A stretch of DNA of 64,000 nt from NCBI GenBank assembly GCA_046292285.1, contig JBKBRJ010000005.1, positions 6,537 to 70,536 on the forward strand, in the 5' to 3' direction. Shown here piece by piece: positions 39,755 to 47,446 of the stretch. Every line of letters starts with the position of its first letter. Position 1 is the stretch's first letter. Position numbers and translations under genes: made by a program. The DNA comes from Mesorhizobium sp. Its GTDB lineage: Bacteria > Pseudomonadota > Alphaproteobacteria > Rhizobiales > Rhizobiaceae. The notes under the pieces are model-generated. The model made no database searches. It was given only the letters and a program-made list of their open reading frames with translations, and was not told the origin of the DNA.

Positions 39755-39892
39755 TCCTGCCTCCTGGGTTGGGGTTGACGACGCGACAGCCTATAGACCG
39801 CTTCGGGCTCTTTGGCTACCCGGCGATCGGCGACGCCGGGCGATGCAATCCCCGGCTGTTGCCGATCCGCCACGCTCCGGAGCACGACCGTC

Positions 39893-40384
39893 ATGCCACA
39901 CGACATCCGTGTAGCTCTGTTCCAGCCGGACATCCCCGGCAACACCGGCTCGATCCTGCGGCTCGGCGCCTGTCTGGGCATCGCCATCGACGTGATCGGC
40001 CCGGCCGGCTTCGACCTCTCCGACCGCGCGCTGAAACGGGCCGGCATGGACTACCTGGAAATGGCGGCGCTGACGCGCCACGACGACTGGGCCGCCTTCG
40101 AGGCATGGCGCCGCGCCGAAGGCCGCCGCCTGCTGCTCTTCTCGACGAAAGCCGCCCTGCCCTACGCGCGCTTCGACTACCGGCCCGGCGACGTGCTCTT
40201 GTTCGGCCGCGAAAGCGCCGGCGCTCCCGACCACGTGCACAATGCAGCTGATGAGAGGCTGCTCATCCCGATGCCCGGCGGCGGCCGCAGCCTCAACCTC
40301 GCCCTGGCGGTTGCGATGGCGGCGGGAGAGGCGTTGCGGCAGACCGAATGGCTCAATCCGCCGTCGGCAGGCGCCGCATCGTGA
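39893..40384 (+). CDS. trmL: tRNA (cytidine/uridine-2'-O)-methyltransferase TrmL (SpoU family)
   Basis: IRVALFQPDIPGNTGSILRLGA..., LLFGRESAGAP..., RSLNLALAVAM. Confidence 0.85.
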   Translation: MPHDIRVALFQPDIPGNTGSILRLGACLGIAIDVIGPAGFDLSDRALKRAGMDYLEMAALTRHDDWAAFEAWRRAEGRRLLLFSTKAALPYARFDYRPGDVLLFGRESAGAPDHVHNAADERLLIPMPGGGRSLNLALAVAMAAGEALRQTEWLNPPSAGAAS

Positions 40385-40673
40385 ATTCGATGACGTCTTC
40401 CGGCCGCTCGCACCAGCTTTCGATGGCGGTCCAGTAGGCCTGCTTGGGCCAGCGGTCGAACCACTCGCGCGCCTTGTCGCGGGCGGCGGTGCGCGGCAGG
40501 GCGTAGGTCTCGCGGATGAAGCCGTCGCGCGGCAGGCGGGCCGCCTCGTTGGCGCGATGACGGTCGAGCCGCTTCTTCAGCCCGTCGAGCGGCGGTCGCG
40601 GCGGTGTGCGCACTGAACCTCTCCTCGCTGGATGGGAAAAATCTAGGACCGCAACGCCGGGATTGCGAGTCAT
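40353..40673 (-). CDS. Hypothetical protein
   Basis: The ORF has a non-repetitive C-terminal half ([35 protein letters not shown]). Its 3' end overlaps the trmL 3' end by 32 nt. Start uncertain. Confidence 0.4.
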   Translation of the reverse strand: MTRNPGVAVLDFSHPARRGSVRTPPRPPLDGLKKRLDRHRANEAARLPRDGFIRETYALPRTAARDKAREWFDRWPKQAYWTAIESWCERPEDVIEFTMRRLPTAD

Positions 40674-40798
40674 TTCTGATTCGCACGGCCGGTTGCATCC
40701 GGGCGGTTCGGCGAAGTCGGAACGACCGGCTTGCGGCGACAGCGGGCTTGGCCTTATCTCGCGGTGACAGCGACGAGGACGCCAAGCGGAGGGGCTCC

Positions 40799-41713
40799 AT
40801 GCATCGACCCGAGATCCCGGCAGACATGCCCGAAGACATCGAAGGCAAGAAGGCCAAGGCCCGGGCCTGGTTCGAGAGCCTGCGCGACCGCATCTGCGCG
40901 GACTTCGAAGGGCTGGAGGACGAACTCGCCGGGCCGATGTCGGACAAGGCGCCCGGCCGCTTCGAGCGCACCCCGTGGCAGCGCGACGACGGCAAGGGCG
41001 GCGGCGGCATCATGTCGATGATGCACGGCCGCGTCTTCGAGAAGGTCGGGGTTCACACCTCGACGGTCCATGGCGAGTTCTCGCCCGAGTTCCGCAAGCA
41101 GATGCCGGGCGGCGAGGAGAACCCGAATTTCTGGGCCTCGGGCATCTCGCTGATCGTCCATCCCTGGAACCCCAACGTGCCGGCCGTGCACATGAACACG
41201 CGCATGGTGGTGACGGCCAGGCAATGGTTCGGCGGTGGCGCCGACCTGACGCCGGTGCTCGACCGCCGCCGCACGCAGGAAGACCCGGACACAGTCGATT
41301 TCCACGCGGCCATGGAGGCGGCCTGTCGGCGCCATCCCGCCGTCGCCGACTATCCGAAGCTGAAGGCGTGGTGCGACGAGTATTTCTTCCTGCCGCACCG
41401 CAACGAGCCGCGCGGTATCGGCGGCATCTTCTACGACTGGCTACACTCCCCGGCCGAGGCGGGCGGCTGGGAGGCCGACTTCGCCTTCACCCGCGATGTC
41501 GGCGAGAGCTTCGCCTCGATCTATCCACAACTCGTGCGCCGCAACTTCAATCGGCCGTGGACCGACGAGGACCGCGACGAGCAGTTGGTCCGCCGCGGAC
41601 GCTACGTCGAGTACAATCTGCTCTACGACCGCGGCACCACCTTCGGCCTGAAGACCGGCGGCAACGTCAAGTCGATCCTGTCATCCATGCCGCCCATGGT
41701 GAAGTGGCCCTGA
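40799..41713 (+). CDS. hemF: Oxygen-dependent coproporphyrinogen III oxidase
   Basis: [59 protein letters not shown] motifs. GGAGGGG SD upstream. Confidence 0.92.
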   Translation: MHRPEIPADMPEDIEGKKAKARAWFESLRDRICADFEGLEDELAGPMSDKAPGRFERTPWQRDDGKGGGGIMSMMHGRVFEKVGVHTSTVHGEFSPEFRKQMPGGEENPNFWASGISLIVHPWNPNVPAVHMNTRMVVTARQWFGGGADLTPVLDRRRTQEDPDTVDFHAAMEAACRRHPAVADYPKLKAWCDEYFFLPHRNEPRGIGGIFYDWLHSPAEAGGWEADFAFTRDVGESFASIYPQLVRRNFNRPWTDEDRDEQLVRRGRYVEYNLLYDRGTTFGLKTGGNVKSILSSMPPMVKWP

Positions 41714-41770
41714 GCATGGAAACCGGCATCGCTTGATGCTAACATTGATGTCTGGTGACAGGAGGCGTCG

Positions 41771-41968
41771 ATGCGCACGACAGTAACCCTGAATGATGCG
41801 CTGATAGAAAAAGCTCAGCGATACACGGGCATCAAGGAAAAAACGGCGCTTCTCGATGCCGCTCTGACGGCCCTTATCGAACGCGAGGCGGCGAGGCGTC
41901 TGGTCCGACTGGGCGGTAGCCAGCCCGATCTGGAGATACCTGGCCGGCGGCGTCCGGCAGCCGAATGA
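41771..41968 (+). CDS. vapB: VapB-type antitoxin (type II)
   Basis: MRTTVTLNDALIEKAQRYTGIKEKTALLDAALTALIEREA. Overlaps vapC by 4 nt. Confidence 0.8.
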   Translation: MRTTVTLNDALIEKAQRYTGIKEKTALLDAALTALIEREAARRLVRLGGSQPDLEIPGRRRPAAE

Positions 41969-42336
41969 TCCTTGTCGATACGGCAATCTGGGTCGACCAC
42001 ATCCGGCACAAGATGCCGAGACTCATCCGAGTTCTCGATGACGGACAGGGGCTTTGCCACCCGTTCGTCATTGGCGAGATTGCACTTGGGAGCCTGCGCG
42101 ACAGGCAGTTCGTCCTCGAAAGTCTATCGTCGCTTCCGCAGGCGCCCGTTGCCGACCATGGTGAACTGATGTTTCTCCTCGAGGAACGACGGTTGTACAG
42201 TCTGGGTATTGGTTATGTCGATTTGCATCTGATCGCATCTTGCCAGCTGCTGCCGGGCACTCTGTTGTGGACACGCGACCGGCGGCTCGTAGCAGCGGCT
42301 CGTCAGTTGGGAATCGATTATTCCTGGGATGACTGA
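41965..42336 (+). CDS. vapC: VapC PIN-domain toxin
   Basis: MILVDTAIWVDH...VIGEIALG...GYVDLHLIAS PIN acidic residues. Confidence 0.85.
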   Translation: MILVDTAIWVDHIRHKMPRLIRVLDDGQGLCHPFVIGEIALGSLRDRQFVLESLSSLPQAPVADHGELMFLLEERRLYSLGIGYVDLHLIASCQLLPGTLLWTRDRRLVAAARQLGIDYSWDD

Positions 42337-42442
42337 TCGCGCAGCCCCGCCCCACCCCAATTCGCAATCGCCCCGCGGGCAACAATTCGCCCCAATCCGT
42401 GTTAGGGTGGCGCCGTCAACGATGAAACCACAGGAGGAAATC

Positions 42443-42628
42443 ATGAAGGAATTCCACTGCGGGACGCTGGTTCCCGGTTGCGACTGGCACACGAGGCACG
42501 AGGAAGAAGCCGAGATCATGCGCCGCGCGGTCGAGCACATGCGCCAGGATCACGGCGAGACGGTCATCCGCGAGACGATGGTCGATGCGATCCGCTCGCG
42601 CATCGAGAAGCGGCGCGACGCGGCCTGA
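42443..42628 (+). CDS. DUF1059 small protein
   Basis: MKEFHCGTLVPGCDWHTRHEEEAEIMRRAVEHMRQDHG. A strong CAGGAGGAAATC SD precedes the ATG. Confidence 0.75.
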   Translation: MKEFHCGTLVPGCDWHTRHEEEAEIMRRAVEHMRQDHGETVIRETMVDAIRSRIEKRRDAA

Positions 42629-42687
42629 TTCGGCGCACACTGCGATGCCGTAGCGGCCTCGCGTGCGCATTGTGAACCATGACCCCT

Positions 42688-42725
42688 GCCCGGCGGGAGC
42701 GGCGCTTCGGCCGGGCTTCGTTTTT
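42688..42725 (+). terminator. Intrinsic terminator after the DUF1059 gene
   Basis: GCCCGGC...GCCGGGC 7-bp stem followed by TTCGTTTTT. Confidence 0.6.
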
Positions 42726-42814
42726 CCCGACGGGTGCGGCCGGATCCGCTCCGCATCCGAACCTTCCGCTGCCGGCCCCCCCGCCGAAGCGGATTCGGTT
42801 TCTCGCGACGCGGG

Positions 42815-44086
42815 TTAAAGATACTGGTTTTTCAGGCTTTTCGCCTTCTCGACCAGGCCCTCACGGTCCGGGGAAAAGCCGGCATCGATCCATCCCTCCT
42901 CGAGGTCGCGCAGCAGATTGCCCATCTTCGGCCCGGCCGGGACTCCGATCGCGATCAGGTCGGCGCCGGCCAGTGGGAATTTCGGCGCCGTCCAGTCATC
43001 AAGGAAGCGCCTTAGCCGGACATAGCCGCCCGCTTCCAGCAGCGCCTTGTCGTCGGCGGCGGCCCGCGCGCGTGCACCGGCGAGCGAGAGCGTCAACCGG
43101 TCGGCGATGCCGTCGCGGCCGGATCGATAGGCGATCTTCACCAGGTCGCCTTCCGCCATCGTCGGCGAGATCGTCGGCGCCGCCGCCCAGGCGACCAGCC
43201 GGTCGCGCTCGGCATTGGACGTCTTGAGTCGCAGCGCCAGCGCGGCGACGCGGACGGGATCCGGCGGGACGATGGCGGCCAGCCGCAGGAGGTAGTCGGG
43301 TGACCAGCCGAGGTCGCGCTCGGCGGCGACGAGGCCGTGCACCGCGTCGATACCCCATTTCTCGCTCTCGGGCAGGATGCGGGTCAGCACACCCGACTGC
43401 CGCATCCAGAGCAGCGCCCGCGACGGATCGGCGGCCGAGAGAAGCTTTCTAAGTTCCATCCAGACGCGTTCGGCCGACAGCCCGTCTAGACCGTCCTTCA
43501 GCCGCGCGCAGGCCCTCAGCCCCTCCGGGTCGGGGCGCCCGGCGCCGTAGCGCGCGAAGAAGCGGAAGAAGCGCAGGATGCGCAGATAGTCCTCCCGGAT
43601 CCGATCCTCCGGATTGCCGATGAAGCGCAGGGTGCGCGTCTCGATGTCGGCGAGCCCGCCGACGAGGTCCACCACCGTTCCGTCCGCCGTCGCGTAGAGC
43701 GCGTTCATGGTGAAGTCGCGACGTTCCGCGTCCTGCTTCCAGTCGCGGCCGTAGCGAACCTTCGCGCGACGGCCGTCGGTCTCGACGTCGGCCCGCAGAG
43801 TGGTGACCTCGTGCGGAATGCCCGCCGCCACCACGGTGATGGTTCCGTGCTCGTAGCCGGTCGGGATGGCTTTGAAGCCAGCCCTCTCGGCACGCGCGAT
43901 CGTCTCGTCGGGCAGGTTGGTGGTGGCGATGTCGATGTCGCCGGCCTCCTCGCCCAAAAGCGCGTTGCGCACGGCGCCGCCGGCGATTCGGGCCTCCTCG
44001 CCGCCCGCCGACAGCGCCGCCAGCAAGGCCTGCAGCGCCTCGTCCCGCAGCCAGGGAGCACGATCGGCAATGGAGACGGAGGTCAC
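42815..44086 (-). CDS. cca: CCA tRNA nucleotidyltransferase / poly(A) polymerase family protein
   Basis: GGAVRNALLG...DIDIATT...HGTITV...RRDFTMNALY head-domain motifs. The GTG start overlaps the upstream TGA. Confidence 0.85.
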   Translation of the reverse strand: MTSVSIADRAPWLRDEALQALLAALSAGGEEARIAGGAVRNALLGEEAGDIDIATTNLPDETIARAERAGFKAIPTGYEHGTITVVAAGIPHEVTTLRADVETDGRRAKVRYGRDWKQDAERRDFTMNALYATADGTVVDLVGGLADIETRTLRFIGNPEDRIREDYLRILRFFRFFARYGAGRPDPEGLRACARLKDGLDGLSAERVWMELRKLLSAADPSRALLWMRQSGVLTRILPESEKWGIDAVHGLVAAERDLGWSPDYLLRLAAIVPPDPVRVAALALRLKTSNAERDRLVAWAAAPTISPTMAEGDLVKIAYRSGRDGIADRLTLSLAGARARAAADDKALLEAGGYVRLRRFLDDWTAPKFPLAGADLIAIGVPAGPKMGNLLRDLEEGWIDAGFSPDREGLVEKAKSLKNQYL

Positions 44087-44712
44087 GCGTAGAGTCTTTC
44101 CCAGATGGCGCGAATGATGCCGGCGGTCACGCCCCAGATGTACCGGTCGCCATGCGGCATGGTGTAGAAGAAGCGTTCCTGTTCCTGCCAGACGCGGCTT
44201 TCGCGGCGGTGGTTGGCCGGGTCCATCAGGAATGAGAGCGGGACCTCGAAGGCGTCATCCACCTCGTCCTCGTTGATGGTGAGGAGGAAGCCCGGCCGCA
44301 CCGTCGCCAGCACCGGCGCGATCCGATAGCCGCTTCCCGTCACATAGTCGGGCAGGCGGCCGACCACGTCGATGAAGGAGGCGTCGAGACCGATTTCCTC
44401 CTCGGCCTCACGCAGCGCCGCATGGACCGGCGTGGCGTCTTCGGGATCGATGCGACCGCCCGGAAAGGCGATCTGGCCGGAATGGCTGCGCAGCTTCTCG
44501 GTGCGCTTGGTCAGGAGCAGCGTCGAATCCTCGCCGCGATCGACCACCGGCACGAGCACCGCGGCGTCTCGCAGCGTCGCCGGCCGGATCAGGTGCGCGA
44601 TCGTCGGATTCAGCACGTGGTCGCCGAACTCGACGCCATGCGGCGCCTGCTCGCGTGCCGCCCGGCGGCGAAACTCCTCGGCGGAAAAGGATCGCAGCAG
44701 CGAAGCGTCCAT
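44083..44712 (-). CDS. NUDIX hydrolase, CoA pyrophosphatase-like
   Basis: Nudix box GQIAFPGGRIDPEDATPVHAALREAEEEIGL. Start re-set to MDASLL. Confidence 0.8.
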   Translation of the reverse strand: MDASLLRSFSAEEFRRRAAREQAPHGVEFGDHVLNPTIAHLIRPATLRDAAVLVPVVDRGEDSTLLLTKRTEKLRSHSGQIAFPGGRIDPEDATPVHAALREAEEEIGLDASFIDVVGRLPDYVTGSGYRIAPVLATVRPGFLLTINEDEVDDAFEVPLSFLMDPANHRRESRVWQEQERFFYTMPHGDRYIWGVTAGIIRAIWERLYA

Positions 44713-44714
44713 GG

Positions 44715-45383
44715 TCAGCGACTCAGCTTCTCGAGGACGGCCGCCGACATGATCGGGAAGACGACGCCCTTCGAGCGGAGGGCGAACATCGCCTTGCCGT
44801 CGACCTCGATCTCCTCGCCATGCTCGACGAGTTCGTACATCACCGGCCGCGCCACCAGCGCCTCGAGCCGACCGCGCACCAGGACATAGGGCTTCAGCCC
44901 GCCAGTCCTGGGTTCGTCGACGAAGCGGATCGGATGCTCGGCGTCCGCCTCCACGACGTCGCCGACATTGGTGCGGAAGGTGATCACCTGCTCGTCGCCG
45001 AGACCCGCGACGTTCACCTCCACGGCGACGAAGGGCGCGTCCTCGACCCGGATGCCGACGCGTTCGACCGGCGTGACCAGATATGTCTTCCCGTCCGCGT
45101 CCTTGCGCAGGACGGTCGAGAAAAGCTGGACGAGCGCGGGCCGGCCGATCGGCGTGCCCATGTAGAACCACGTGCCGTCCGCCTTGATCTCCATGTCGAG
45201 ATCGCCGCAGAACTCCGGGTTCCATTTGTCGACCGGCGGGAGGCCCATTCCGGCCCGTGCCGCGCGCGAGACGAGCGCGGCCAGGCCGGCCGGATCTCCG
45301 GCCGCCTTCAAACCGCCGCCTTCGCCGTCGTGGATAGGCGCGCGGTCGGGGTTGCTCTTGGAATTGTTCGCAGGGTCGGCCAT
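44715..45383 (-). CDS. DUF1285-domain protein
   Basis: ...KWNPEFCGDLDMEIKADGTWFYMGTPIGRPALVQLFSTVLR... Start re-set to MADPANN; the longest ORF (577 aa) is an artefact. Confidence 0.75.
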   Translation of the reverse strand: MADPANNSKSNPDRAPIHDGEGGGLKAAGDPAGLAALVSRAARAGMGLPPVDKWNPEFCGDLDMEIKADGTWFYMGTPIGRPALVQLFSTVLRKDADGKTYLVTPVERVGIRVEDAPFVAVEVNVAGLGDEQVITFRTNVGDVVEADAEHPIRFVDEPRTGGLKPYVLVRGRLEALVARPVMYELVEHGEEIEVDGKAMFALRSKGVVFPIMSAAVLEKLSR

Positions 45384-45524
45384 GGTCACGAAATAGTCAC
45401 TCCCGTTTCGCTTGTCAGCCTGTCGGGCTGATTTAAGTTCGTCCGCGAGAGATGCCGCAAAGGCGCGAATCGGGGAAACGTCGGTCGGGGCGCTGGGATC
45501 GCGGCAGGATAGAGGATTGGACGC

Positions 45525-46532
45525 ATGGGCGTTATGGCGAATGACAAGGCGATCAGCGAAGCGGATATGATCGCCGAGGCGGAAGCCGCGCTCGCCGATC
45601 TCGCCCGGATCCGCGACGGCATCGGCAAGGTCATTTTTGGCCAGGAGATGGTCGTCGAGCGCACCATGGTGGCGATTCTGGCCGGCGGCCACGCCCTTCT
45701 GGTCGGCGTTCCGGGTCTGGCGAAGACCAAACTTGTGGAAACGTTGGGCACCGTGCTCGGCCTCGACGCCCGCCGCATCCAGTTCACGCCTGACCTGATG
45801 CCGTCCGACATCCTGGGCTCCGAGGTGATGGAGCAGGACGAGGCCGGCAAGCGCTTCTTCCGATTCCTTCCCGGCCCGATCTTCGCCCAGCTCCTGATGG
45901 CCGACGAGATCAACCGCGCCAGCCCGCGTACCCAGTCGGCGCTGCTGCAGGCCATGCAGGAATACCACGTCACCATCGCGGGCGCCCGCCACGACCTGCC
46001 GGCTCCCTTCCATGTGCTGGCCACGCAGAACCCGCTGGAGCAGGAAGGCACCTATCCCCTGCCCGAGGCGCAGCTCGACCGTTTCCTGATGCAGGTCGAC
46101 ATCCCCTATCCCGAGATGGAGGCCGAACGCCGCATCCTGCTGGAGACGACGGGCATGGCCGACAGCCGCGCCGACAACGTGCTCTCCGCCGAGCGGCTGC
46201 GCGCGATCCAGACGCTCGTTCGCCGCATGCCGGTGCCGGAGAGCGTCGTCGAGGCGATCCTGACGCTCGTCCGTTCGGCGCGTCCGGGCAACGGCAACGC
46301 CGACACCGACAAGCATGTCGCCTGGGGGCCCGGCCCGCGCGCCAGCCAGGCGCTGACGCTGTGCGCCCGCGCCCGTGCGCTGTATGACGGTCGCCTGGCC
46401 CCGTCGGTCGACGACATCCATGCGCTGGCCGAACCGGTGCTGCAGCACCGCATGGCGCTGACCTTCGCCGCCCGCGCGGAGGGCATGAACGTGCGCGACG
46501 TCATAGCCCGGCTGGTGAAAGCCGCCGCCTGA
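45525..46532 (+). CDS. MoxR-family AAA+ ATPase
   Basis: Walker A GVPGLAKT, Walker B LMADEINRASPRTQSALLQAM, ATQNPLEQEGTYPLPEAQLDRF. Confidence 0.9.
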   Translation: MGVMANDKAISEADMIAEAEAALADLARIRDGIGKVIFGQEMVVERTMVAILAGGHALLVGVPGLAKTKLVETLGTVLGLDARRIQFTPDLMPSDILGSEVMEQDEAGKRFFRFLPGPIFAQLLMADEINRASPRTQSALLQAMQEYHVTIAGARHDLPAPFHVLATQNPLEQEGTYPLPEAQLDRFLMQVDIPYPEMEAERRILLETTGMADSRADNVLSAERLRAIQTLVRRMPVPESVVEAILTLVRSARPGNGNADTDKHVAWGPGPRASQALTLCARARALYDGRLAPSVDDIHALAEPVLQHRMALTFAARAEGMNVRDVIARLVKAAA

Positions 46533-47446
46533 TGGCCCGCATCGGCGAGCAGACGGCCCCGGTCACGACCCGCGACGCCCTTGCCCGCGGGCGCTTGAGG
46601 GCGTCGCTCGTGCCGGATCTGCTGGTCGATGCGCGCCGCATCGCCAACACGGTCATCTCCGGCTGGCATGGCCGACGCCGCAGGGGCGTGGGAGAGAATT
46701 TCTGGCAGTTCCGCCCTTATGTCGAGGGCGAAGCCGTGTCGCGCATCGACTGGCGCCGTTCCGCCCGCGACGACCAGCACACCTACGTTCGCGACCGGGA
46801 GTGGGAAGCCGCTCACACGGTCTGGCTCTGGGCCGACCCCTCGCCCTCGATGCTCTACAAGTCGGCCGGAGCTGCCGTCTCGAAGGAATCGCGCGCGCTG
46901 GTGCTGGTGCTGGCCATGGCCGAGCTTCTGTCGCGCAGCGGCGAGCGCATCGCCTGGCCCGGCCTGTCAGACCCCTTCACGGCGCGCAACGGGGCCGAAC
47001 GACTGGCGGCGGTCCTTGCCCAGGCGGCCGACGTGCCGGCCCGTCCCGATCTCCACGCCATCCGCCGGTTCTCCGACCTGGTGGTCGCGAGCGACTTCCT
47101 CGATCCGGTCGAGGAGACGATGGAATGGCTCGACGTGCTGGCCCGGCATGGCGTGCGCGCGCATCTGGTCGAGATCGCCGACCCGGCGGAGGAGAACTTC
47201 CCCTATGCGGGGCGCACCGAATTCGTCGATCCCGAGACGCAGCAGAAGTACACCGCCGGCCGCGCGGAAACCCTGTCTCTGGAATACCGCCGCCTCTATC
47301 TCGCCCGGCGCGAGGCTCTGATCTCCTGGAGCACGCGGCTCGGTTGGAGCTATACGGTGAACCACACCGACCGCCTCGCCTCCGAGGCGCTGGTACGCCT
47401 GCACATGGCGCTGTCGGGCGGCGTCGGACAGGGAGGCGCGCGATGA
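46532..47446 (+). CDS. DUF58-domain protein (MoxR partner)
   Basis: GENFWQFRPYVEGEAVSRIDWRRSAR..., followed by a vWA-like region. Its start abuts the MoxR stop. Confidence 0.85.
   Translation: MARIGEQTAPVTTRDALARGRLRASLVPDLLVDARRIANTVISGWHGRRRRGVGENFWQFRPYVEGEAVSRIDWRRSARDDQHTYVRDREWEAAHTVWLWADPSPSMLYKSAGAAVSKESRALVLVLAMAELLSRSGERIAWPGLSDPFTARNGAERLAAVLAQAADVPARPDLHAIRRFSDLVVASDFLDPVEETMEWLDVLARHGVRAHLVEIADPAEENFPYAGRTEFVDPETQQKYTAGRAETLSLEYRRLYLARREALISWSTRLGWSYTVNHTDRLASEALVRLHMALSGGVGQGGAR

Noticed and set aside
39362-39892. A cobalamin or other known riboswitch in the long intergenic region upstream of the ABC exporters.
   Set aside because: No B12-box-like core or other riboswitch signature that I can recognise appears on either strand. 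I kept only the uORF/hairpin observation as a finding.
42379-42403. An EcfG-like promoter upstream of the DUF1059 gene (GCAAC-N16-TGTT), and a similar near-match upstream of the DUF502 gene (minus strand GGAAC-N16-CGTA, near 24740..24767).
   Set aside because: Each deviates from GGAAC-N16/17-CGTT at critical positions in the -35 or -10 element. Without conservation data they cannot be distinguished from chance matches.
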